DNA of 64,000 nt. It comes from a virus. Below the pieces are notes generated by a model that saw nothing but the letters and a program-made list of their open reading frames with translations, did no database searches and was not told the DNA's origin. Every line of letters begins with the position of its first letter. Position 1 is the stretch's first letter. The position numbers and the translations under genes were made by a program. Location: the IMG/VR virus record IMGVR_UViG_3300020186_000001, positions 44,330-108,329 of that record. The stretch is one strand, 5' to 3'. This document shows, piece after piece, positions 49,511 to 57,545 of this stretch.

Positions 49511-50172
49511 GCAATCAAATTGAAGTGTGCAAATCAGCGTCTTATGTGCCGGTCGGAAAGCTTAAGTTCCATCCAAATAACCCGCGAACAATCAGACCTG
49601 AGCGTTTAGAGCAGTTGAAGCGTTCTATCACGGACAAGGGGTTCTATCAGCCTATCCTCGTGTGGAAGAAGGGCGGTATTGTTCTCGCAGGCAATCATAG
49701 GCTTCTAGCGGCTCAAGAGCTAATCAGCGAAGGTTGGAGCTTCATGGCTCCTAACGGTGCCACAGACTCGCTCCCAGTTGTCATAGAGGACGTTTCAGAA
49801 GAGGTCGCACAGGCGATTCTATTTGAGACCAACAATACTTATGCAGAGTGGGTTGACGAGAGACTGAGGGTGGCCATTGAAGAGGCCGAAGAGCTGGGCA
49901 GGGACGTTAAGTCATTTGGTTTCACGCAAGACGAAATTGATGTTCTCCTAAAGGATGCTCTCAAGGACGCAGAAGACATCTTGGGTAATAAAGACGATCC
50001 AGAAGAGTTGGAAGACGATCTTTTAGATCCCGTGTTTGAACCGAACATAAAAGACGGCGACAAAGAAGATTCAGAACTCAAGTACAATCTCACTGTCGTT
50101 TTTGAGGACGGAGAAGCTCTAGAAGAATTGTTTATAGAACTTCGGGACCGTGGTTTTAAGGTAAAGATATGA
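49507..50172 (+). CDS. ParB/Srx N-terminal-domain protein
   Basis: PNNPR, GFYQPILV, GNHRLLAA. Confidence 0.85.
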   Translation: MSNQIEVCKSASYVPVGKLKFHPNNPRTIRPERLEQLKRSITDKGFYQPILVWKKGGIVLAGNHRLLAAQELISEGWSFMAPNGATDSLPVVIEDVSEEVAQAILFETNNTYAEWVDERLRVAIEEAEELGRDVKSFGFTQDEIDVLLKDALKDAEDILGNKDDPEELEDDLLDPVFEPNIKDGDKEDSELKYNLTVVFEDGEALEELFIELRDRGFKVKI

Positions 50173-51131
50173 GCCAATACGGCATTCCTTACATGGGATC
50201 AAAGTCTAAGATTGCAGCGTCAATTGCGATGAATTTTCCGGTAGCAGATAATTTCTACGATCTATTTGGTGGCGGGTTTTCTATCTCGCATTACATGCTT
50301 GAGAATAAGGCGCACAAATATAAAAGCTTTCATTATAACGAAATCAAATCAGACATAGTGGATCTCGTTAAAAGAGCTATCAACGGCGAGTTTAACTATG
50401 ACCGCTATAAGCCTGAGTGGATAAGCAAAGAAAAGTTTTTTGAAGTTAAAGACACTGATGCAAAGGTTAGATGCTTGTGGAGTTTCGGGAATAATCAAAG
50501 GGGATATCTTTTCGGAGAAGATATTGAGCCATATAAGAAGTCAATGCATATGGCGGTAGTGTTCGACGAGTTTGACAGCTTAGCCGAAGAGGTGTTTGGG
50601 TTTACAAAGTGGCCAGCTATTGCGAACACTATTACCAAAAGAAGATCTTATTTAGGACAGAAAATAGAGTTTTTTAGCAAGACTAAAATACCTATCGTTC
50701 TGCATAAATTTATAAAAGAATTGAGAGTTAACAGCTCGCACAAATCGTTGGAGCAGTTGAAGCAGTTGCAGCAGTTGCAGCAGTTGGAGGCGTTGGAGCG
50801 GTTGCAACAGTTGGAGCGGGTGGAGGGACTTCATTTCTATTCAGACGATTACAGAAATATAATCATCAAGCCTAATTCTGTTGTTTATTGCGACATTCCC
50901 TACGAGGGGACAGGTGACAAAGGAGAGGGAGGTTACCTTTTAAAATTCAATCATAAAGAATTTTTCGACTGGGCGGCTTCGAGAGACTTCCCGGTATTTA
51001 TTTCTGAATACAGCGTGGAAGATTCCAGGTTTAAATTAGTCTATTCTGTAGATAAGCGGTCTCTTTTGTCTGGAAAAAAAGCAAACGATATTAAATCTGA
51101 AAACCTTTATTGGAACGGGGCGAGCATTTGA
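50169..51131 (+). CDS. Dam/D12-class DNA adenine methyltransferase
   Basis: PYMGSK, DLFGGG, YCDIPY. Confidence 0.88.
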   Translation: MSQYGIPYMGSKSKIAASIAMNFPVADNFYDLFGGGFSISHYMLENKAHKYKSFHYNEIKSDIVDLVKRAINGEFNYDRYKPEWISKEKFFEVKDTDAKVRCLWSFGNNQRGYLFGEDIEPYKKSMHMAVVFDEFDSLAEEVFGFTKWPAIANTITKRRSYLGQKIEFFSKTKIPIVLHKFIKELRVNSSHKSLEQLKQLQQLQQLEALERLQQLERVEGLHFYSDDYRNIIIKPNSVVYCDIPYEGTGDKGEGGYLLKFNHKEFFDWAASRDFPVFISEYSVEDSRFKLVYSVDKRSLLSGKKANDIKSENLYWNGASI

Positions 51132-51184
51132 TCGGCTCAACCCCTACACTTGCCGAGTTTGTACCGTTGCCGATAAAGGTCTGA

Positions 51185-51454
51185 ATGTCCAAGCTCAAAA
51201 AAAGATTAGACATAGAGATCAGCCGTCTTAAAAATAATCCTGAATCTCAATTCACGAGATCTAGGATGTTAGACGATATGGCTTTCAAGGTGTGTACGAT
51301 GTCTCGTGCGTATGGTGAGACTGACGAAGAGCTATTCGCTAGGTTGGCGGCACATCCTGATTTTGATAGATTTAAAGATGAGATATCGGCTGGGGTTCCA
51401 TTTCTAATAAACAAGCCTGAATCCTCGTTTATGGAGGATTTAAAAAAGATATGA
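51185..51454 (+). CDS. Hypothetical protein (ends FMEDLKKI)
   Basis: AAGG RBS. Confidence 0.65.
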   Translation: MSKLKKRLDIEISRLKNNPESQFTRSRMLDDMAFKVCTMSRAYGETDEELFARLAAHPDFDRFKDEISAGVPFLINKPESSFMEDLKKI

Positions 51455-51460
51455 GAGCTG

Positions 51461-51757
51461 ATGATTATGGCAAAGAAGCTAACCACTGTGAGGATGGGCA
51501 AAGAGGAAACTGGCTTTACTACAACAATGAGTCCAGATCGTCTCGGTGATCAGCTAATGAAAGCAATCACTAAGATTTTGGGTGAGGAATACACAAAGCA
51601 CACTATAACAATGAGCTTTGAGGGCAAGAGGGACGGCGGCGAGGGTTGTATCAGGAATTTGGTGTTGAATATTGTTGACACGAAGAAGATTAACAAGATC
51701 ATAACTCAGGTTAAAGTCGATCCAGAGGCGTTCATGAGTGAGTTGAAAAAGATATGA
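51461..51757 (+). CDS. Hypothetical protein (ends FMSELKKI)
   Basis: Coupled to next gene. Confidence 0.65.
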   Translation: MIMAKKLTTVRMGKEETGFTTTMSPDRLGDQLMKAITKILGEEYTKHTITMSFEGKRDGGEGCIRNLVLNIVDTKKINKIITQVKVDPEAFMSELKKI

Positions 51758-52038
51758 GGTATGATCGTGGCGTTGCAGACGCAACTGGAATCAGGCCGAT
51801 CATATTGGAGTTTGCAAAGCAGATGGAGGCCAAGCTTGCAAAGAACGATCACAAGGATCATTGGCGTGAAGCTGGCTTACAGTCCATCTTCGCTCATTTT
51901 AGGGCTGAGGTGGATGAGTTGAAGGAGGCTTTAATGGAAGGTCATTCGACTGAAGAGGTGGTTTCAGAAGCGTGTGATGTGGCGTTAATGGCGATGATGT
52001 GTGCTGACATAATCAAATCAATGGGAGAAGAGACGTGA
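51754..52038 (+). CDS. MazG-like NTP pyrophosphohydrolase-fold protein
   Basis: EVDELKEAL...EACDVA. Confidence 0.6.
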   Translation: MRYDRGVADATGIRPIILEFAKQMEAKLAKNDHKDHWREAGLQSIFAHFRAEVDELKEALMEGHSTEEVVSEACDVALMAMMCADIIKSMGEET

Positions 52039-52331
52039 AGCTGTTTGTAGGAAATCTGAATTGGGATACAACTGAGGAGATGCTGAAATCACACTTTGAG
52101 ACGGCTGGCGATGTGAGCAGCGTCAAGATCATATTGGATCGCGAGACCAATAGGCCGAGAGGTTTCGGCTTTGTGGCGTTCAGCGATCAAAGTGATGCTC
52201 ACAATGCTGTTCAGTTATTGAACAACACACAATTAGATGGTAGAACGATTTTTGTTTCTGAGGCCAAGGAGCAGCAGCCGAGATCGGTCAAAGTTGAGAA
52301 AACGTATCGTAACCCAGATTCGAGGTATTAG
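52035..52331 (+). CDS. RRM RNA-binding protein
   Basis: RNP-2 LFVGNL; RNP-1 RGFGFVAF. Confidence 0.93.
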   Translation: MKLFVGNLNWDTTEEMLKSHFETAGDVSSVKIILDRETNRPRGFGFVAFSDQSDAHNAVQLLNNTQLDGRTIFVSEAKEQQPRSVKVEKTYRNPDSRY

Positions 52332-52439
52332 ATGAATTACGGTGTAACAGTGGTGAATGGTTTTTGTTTTGGATCAGGCATGATCGTTGCGGCATTCTTG
52401 TTCAAAGCGTTGCTGCATATTGGTTTTTGCGGTTGAGGT

Positions 52440-52623
52440 GCTGCGGAGGTGTGGAAGCTGGGACTTGCTGAGCGTACTAGTCGTGCAATGTTCCTTGAGA
52501 CACACTGAGACAGGTTTACTGCTTTCCAAGCCTAAAAAGCGGGTGCTTTTAAGATTTAGAGCCTGAGGGGCTTAGCGGCTGACTCACAGATCAAAATCAG
52601 TCACTTCGCGAGTGACCCGCAGC
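52440..52623 (+). ncRNA. 184-nt tRNA-like structured RNA
   Basis: GCTGCGG/CCGCAGC closing stem adjacent to GTCAC-TTCGCGA-GTGAC arm; further nested helices. Confidence 0.6.
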
Positions 52624-52680
52624 CTTTTAAGAGCGACTACATAGCGATGTAACACAATTAATAACCAGAGGTTTGATGAC

Positions 52681-53325
52681 ATGGAATTAATTAAGATTGG
52701 CGATGACAGGACGGTATGTGCAAAAGAGCTTCACAGGTTTTTACGTGTGAGTACGCGTTGGGACATATGGGTTCAAAGAAGAATCAAAGAATACGAATTC
52801 TCTCAAGGTACTGATTTCATTGAGATCAAAAATGATCACAATGAATACGGAGAGTTAAGATTAAGTCTTGATACTGCAAAAGAGCTTTGCATGGTTGAAC
52901 GAAACGACCAGGGCAGACAGGCCCGTAAGTATTTCATTGAGATTGAGAAGAGGTGGCAAGCACAAAGAGATGCAATGACACCGGCTGAGAGACTTTTAGA
53001 GCAAGCGAAATGGGCGGTAGAGCAGGAGAGAAAGCTTGCGGCATTAGATCAAAGACAAGACAAGATGGAATCAAAACAAGACAAGACGGAAGCAAAGCTG
53101 ATGCTACTCGGATCAGATTCAAACTACCGAACGGTCAGAGGCATGTGCAAAGAACTCGGACAAAGCATTCCAAGGGACATCGCAAATAGTATCGGACGCA
53201 AAGCAGCAGGCATTTGCAGACAGAACGGTCTTACAATCGGCAAAGTCCCAGATGAGAGGGATGGAGAAGTAAACTCATATCCTATTCATATCCTAAAGCC
53301 GGTGATAGAGGGCTGGCAGGCGTGA
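52681..53325 (+). CDS. AntA/AntB-type antirepressor
   Basis: AKELHRFL...W...RIKEY...AKELCMVERN..GRQARKYFIEIE. Confidence 0.85.
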   Translation: MELIKIGDDRTVCAKELHRFLRVSTRWDIWVQRRIKEYEFSQGTDFIEIKNDHNEYGELRLSLDTAKELCMVERNDQGRQARKYFIEIEKRWQAQRDAMTPAERLLEQAKWAVEQERKLAALDQRQDKMESKQDKTEAKLMLLGSDSNYRTVRGMCKELGQSIPRDIANSIGRKAAGICRQNGLTIGKVPDERDGEVNSYPIHILKPVIEGWQA

Positions 53326-53552
53326 AGGATTATTATGATTATGATTGGCTTTCAGGTGTTCACGTTGAGGTGGAAAAATCAGGCGTTGCTATTGAGGTGG
53401 AGCGTCAAAAGGCATTGGAAGACGCAGAGCGAATGAAGATATTGAGCGGGTTCGAAGATGAGATTGATGACACAGATCGAATGAAATATAAAATGTCACT
53501 TGATGACTTATCAGATCCTCCGACATTCATGGAAGAACTGCAAAACATATGA
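53322..53552 (+). CDS. Acidic hypothetical protein (ends FMEELQNI)
   Basis: GTGA overlap. Confidence 0.6.
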   Translation: MKDYYDYDWLSGVHVEVEKSGVAIEVERQKALEDAERMKILSGFEDEIDDTDRMKYKMSLDDLSDPPTFMEELQNI

Positions 53553-53890
53553 ATCCAATATTGAATTTAGCAGACAAGTGACTCGGCTCGAATCAGAACC
53601 GATCCAAACTTTTAATGTCAAGACATAATCATGCTATGATGAGATCACAACCCATAACACACGGGGAGGTGTCTCTATGTTCACAATCGAAATTGAAGTC
53701 GAACCAAAAAACGATGAAGGTTTTATTAAAGCAACAGTTAGGGAATCAAATCACCAAGAGTTGATAGGCTACAGCAGCTTTGCAAAATCAGAGAAGAAAG
53801 CGGTTGCATTCTTATTGGATCAGATTGCACAATACCTTAAGAAATAAGGTTAAATTTCTATTAGAATACGTCAAAGTACTAGGTAATACA

Positions 53891-54847
53891 ATGTCCAAAA
53901 CTCCAGTTTTCAAGAGAAAAGCCCTTTCAAAACGGGGGGTTAAGCGTATAGACAGAGCGGCACTGCTCAGCCCACCTGATAATATTGATATGTCAATGTT
54001 CGTAAAGAAAGAGACATTAGATCCTCCAGAAGCCATACCGCTCAAGGAATTGCACAAGACCATTGATGTATTGCCTCCTGAGTCACCGCTCAAGACTATT
54101 GATATCGGCGATATGTTTGATCCGTATACTGCCAAGAAGATTTCAGAGGTTGGTGCTCGTGGAATGTACGAGGCCGATGTGGACTTGCTCAAGATTGAGT
54201 GGGTTATTAAATATCCTACATTGAAGGTCAAAGATTGGTTGCTGCACAAGAAAGGGTACAGCTACACGCAGGCTGCGAAACTATACGAGATTGGCGGCAA
54301 AGAGGACGGTTGGAACGAGGCCAAGAATCATGTTCTTGACAAGATGACCAGTAGCATTGTGAAGCGTCACATTGATCAGATGGCAGATGTTCAAGAGCAG
54401 CATATCAAGGCATCCAAGATTGGGCTGGCAAAAGCGGTTGAGATGCTCTCCAAGCTCTCCATTGAGCCTGTGAAGGGCAAAGACGGCAAGTTGCTTAAGG
54501 ACGCAACAGGGAAGCCTGTATGGCGAGGGTTCAGGTCTATTGATTTATTAAACTGTTTGGGTGCGGTTGAGAAGGCACAGCAGATATACCGAAGGGCGAT
54601 GGGATTACCGAATGAGGAGGCGGGGCTTGCACAGATACTTGACAAGGTGAATGTTCACTTCAATCAGGTTAATATTCAGAACAACGAGGTTGCGGCTCCG
54701 GTGGTTGATCCAGTCAAAGACAAGATGCGTAAAATAGCTGAAGAGTTGACTCATGATCAGATTCTTGAGTTTGTGGAATTCAGAAGAGAGCAGAGGGCGA
54801 TATTAAAGCTTCAGGCGGCAGAGGAGGCATCACATGGGGCCGGATAA
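53891..54847 (+). CDS. Possible terminase small subunit
   Basis: Helical; GWNEAK and RRAMGL segments; upstream of TerL region. Confidence 0.45.
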   Translation: MSKTPVFKRKALSKRGVKRIDRAALLSPPDNIDMSMFVKKETLDPPEAIPLKELHKTIDVLPPESPLKTIDIGDMFDPYTAKKISEVGARGMYEADVDLLKIEWVIKYPTLKVKDWLLHKKGYSYTQAAKLYEIGGKEDGWNEAKNHVLDKMTSSIVKRHIDQMADVQEQHIKASKIGLAKAVEMLSKLSIEPVKGKDGKLLKDATGKPVWRGFRSIDLLNCLGAVEKAQQIYRRAMGLPNEEAGLAQILDKVNVHFNQVNIQNNEVAAPVVDPVKDKMRKIAEELTHDQILEFVEFRREQRAILKLQAAEEASHGAG

Positions 54848-55036
54848 AGAGTTGCAGACGATCTTCTCGGTCAAGATCAGTCGATCACAATCCAAGATGT
54901 ATCGAGACATCCTTCACTTGAGTTACATCTTGGGTGCGATGGTTTTATTCTTTGGAGGCGTGATTTTGATTCAATATTTGACTTGCAAGAGTGGGTTGAC
55001 TTTCATGGAGTGCATGGCGTATCGAGGTTGAAACAG

Positions 55037-55054
55037 AGTTTCTACGTAGAAATT
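55037..55054. promoter_or_regulatory. Dispersed palindrome, copy 4
   Basis: AGTTTCTACGTAGAAATT, intergenic. Confidence 0.65.
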
Positions 55055-55096
55055 ATGAGCGAATACGAGAGTAAAATTGAATAGTTAGGAGTGTGT

Positions 55097-55264
55097 ATGA
55101 AAAAGCTTAAGGCATATCGGGCCGACGATTGGTTCTTAGATTGTCCAGAATGCGGCGAAATCATCACACTCGGATCGAGAGAAGAGGCAGAGGAGGCGGC
55201 TGCAAGTCCGAGTGAGTGCGAGTGCGGCCATATATATAACTTTGAATTAGATGAGGCAGGCTGA
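55097..55264 (+). CDS. 55-aa Zn-finger protein
   Basis: AGGAG RBS; CPEC...CECGH; not in ORF track. Confidence 0.55.
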   Translation: MKKLKAYRADDWFLDCPECGEIITLGSREEAEEAAASPSECECGHIYNFELDEAG

Positions 55265-55477
55265 GATGAATCCACAGGTTGAACGAGTGAACAAGATAAA
55301 GGCGAGATTAGGATCAGTATCACAGGTCGTCAAAGAAAGGCTCCCAGGCAGCGTGAGAGAGCTTCTAAACGATGTGCGGTATCTGATTGATGAGTACGAG
55401 GGCGTCATGGATGCTCTCGAAGAGGAGCGTGCTCAGGCAGCAATACAAAGAACATTTCAAAATCAATAGGGGAAGCA

Positions 55478-55711
55478 ATGAGTAGATTTAATTATGTGGA
55501 GTTTGATGAGTATGCACAGGCTGAACAAAATTCAGCTAAAAAGATCGCTTTAAACTTAGAATTTCTAATCGAGTCATTGGGCAAGGGCAGATCGCAGCAT
55601 CTCGCGTTGACTAATCTCGAAGAGTGCTACATGTGGATCGGTAAAGCGATCAGAGATAAGCAGATCGAGCGGAACTCCATAGGCGACGAACTCGAAAGGG
55701 CTAATCCATGA
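55478..55711 (+). CDS. Acb2/Tad1-hairpin-family anti-defence nucleotide sponge
   Basis: GRSQHLALTNLEECYMWIGKAI matches the R...ALTxLEExxMW family motif. Confidence 0.65.
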   Translation: MSRFNYVEFDEYAQAEQNSAKKIALNLEFLIESLGKGRSQHLALTNLEECYMWIGKAIRDKQIERNSIGDELERANP

Positions 55712-56271
55712 AGCCATTCCAGTATCGCAGTTCCACTATTCTCACGGTGGAGCAGAAGAAAGAAAAGAAAGCTAAGAAGCTAATGACTAGGGCGAAGGTG
55801 ATTGACATTCAAGCATTCGCAGAACGTCAGCGTATCGAGAAGAGAGAAGAGTCACGCAAGCTGAGAGCAACAGGGCGTCAACAGCGAGTGGTAGAGGTAA
55901 AGCTACTAATAGCCGACAAGAAGGCCAAAGAAGAAGCAGAAGAGCGTGCTTTTGAGCATGAGACCGAACTGATGGCTGTGAGGGCATCGGCTGGTGAAAG
56001 TCTCAGGTAAACACCATTCACAAAAAGAGGTCATATGAAGATTGTAGTTCTCATGGGTGTGTTGTTAGCGGCTCCGGCTTTTGCTGGTGTGGAATGTGTA
56101 AATAATAAGCAATCACGATTAGTCGAGATACAAGATGTTGATGCAGGTTGTGTGGTGAAGGCTAATTCCAAAATCATATACAAGGCCAAGAGGGACAAAG
56201 ACTATTGCAAGAAGAAGGCAGCTATTCACACGGACAAGCTAATCAAGCTTGGTTGGAAGTGCGTGGGATAA
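55708..56271 (+). CDS. Hypothetical genes 55708-56010 (charged coil) and 56035-56271 (secreted, Cys-containing)
   Basis: Signal peptide ending AFA in the second; grouped here. Confidence 0.55.
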
Positions 56272-56486
56272 TGCTAAGCGATGATCGGCTAATGGGTATT
56301 GCCAAGAAGTTTAATGTCAACGCGGATCAGCCTCGCAAGGCGATTGTAAAAGAGATTTTAAGAATGATTGATATGCTTGAAGTGCCTGGCAAATCATTGA
56401 ACGGCATGGGTGTGATGCTCAAGATGATGCTTGAATCTGAGCCTGAATTGAAATCAGATTTTATGCGAGAGTTGGGGGAAATATGA
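56271..56486 (+). CDS. Hypothetical protein (ends FMRELGEI)
   Basis: TAATG overlap. Confidence 0.6.
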   Translation: MLSDDRLMGIAKKFNVNADQPRKAIVKEILRMIDMLEVPGKSLNGMGVMLKMMLESEPELKSDFMRELGEI

Positions 56487-56983
56487 GTTTAGCGTTTGTG
56501 TTCATTCTGAAGTTCACTTCGTATGTGATCAAATTCCCAGGCTTCCTATCACTTGGGTTTTTACATGTGCGGTTGGCAGTAGAGCATAAAAAGAATCTAA
56601 GCGTACTAGAGGCCAATGAAGCGAGAATGCTTCAACGTAAGCCTCAATACAGACTTGATGCGACAAAACGCAAGTCACTATCTCCAAGCAATCAGGAGAC
56701 AATCCCCAATGGCTGGGACGTGGTATCTGTTCCGCAGAAAGATCCAACTAAGCGAAGAATGTCTGAATATGTATTGACCCCACCGATTGAATCAACCTTC
56801 GTGCATGATTTCTTTGGATCGCAGTTGATCATTGGTGATATGGTAGTGTGCAGAAGTCTACAAAAGACAAAACACAGACTTGAGATATCAGGCGATAGAC
56901 TCACGGTTGACAATATACCTCAGACGGTGAATCAGGGAGAACTTGAGAAAATCAAGCAGATCATTCGTGAGAGCAGGAAGTAA
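56483..56983 (+). CDS. Hypothetical protein
   Basis: Coupled ORF. Confidence 0.55.
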   Translation: MSLAFVFILKFTSYVIKFPGFLSLGFLHVRLAVEHKKNLSVLEANEARMLQRKPQYRLDATKRKSLSPSNQETIPNGWDVVSVPQKDPTKRRMSEYVLTPPIESTFVHDFFGSQLIIGDMVVCRSLQKTKHRLEISGDRLTVDNIPQTVNQGELEKIKQIIRESRK

Positions 56984-56992
56984 GGATGCTAG

Positions 56993-57523
56993 ATGTCGAT
57001 CCCTCTCCAAGAACTATATGAGGAATTCAATAGGCGTGGCCATGATCCTCACGAATATAACAGATTGCTCAGCTCGGTCTTAGCTGAATTATACGGAATG
57101 CAGCAATCACAGGCAATTGTTTGGGACAGTGGTGTTCCGTACATTTACGATCCTTTACGTAATAAAAAGCTTTCTTTAACACGCACGATCATATCGAGTG
57201 CGTTGTATGGCGGCTCAATTTCTGACTCATATCTCCGATTAGACGGAGTTGCTACTATGGCAGAGCAGGGTTTTTTGTTGCCTAGAAAGGCGACGATCAC
57301 AGGGTTGTGGGCAAAGTCTCGCATTGGAGCTGGTTGGTATATCGAAGTTCGCAAGAACGGAGTGCCTATCACAGTTTCGAGTGTGCAGATTATTGCCGGT
57401 TCAGGATTAGACGGTACTATTGATATTGATTTGAATCAGGGCGATTGGGTTCAATTGTTCGCACAGGGAAGTGCGATAAAGCATCCAATAGCGGCATGTG
57501 AGTTAGCTTGGCGGTTAGATTAA
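56993..57523 (+). CDS. Structural protein (domain X)
   Basis: Paralogous to the C-terminus of 57546..59036. Confidence 0.6.
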   Translation: MSIPLQELYEEFNRRGHDPHEYNRLLSSVLAELYGMQQSQAIVWDSGVPYIYDPLRNKKLSLTRTIISSALYGGSISDSYLRLDGVATMAEQGFLLPRKATITGLWAKSRIGAGWYIEVRKNGVPITVSSVQIIAGSGLDGTIDIDLNQGDWVQLFAQGSAIKHPIAACELAWRLD

Positions 57524-57545
57524 AACACTTCCAAAGGAGATCTAA

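Noticed and set aside
50747-50826. LQQLEQ-type 9-bp repeats in the methyltransferase
   Set aside because: In-frame low-complexity insert of a kind seen in such phage MTases
51169-51176. Perfect sigma28 -10 box GCCGATAA
   Set aside because: No TAAA/TCAA -35 at the proper spacing
52681-53325. Antirepressor as proof of a temperate lifestyle
   Set aside because: No integrase, att site or CI-like repressor visible; AntA domains also occur in lytic phages
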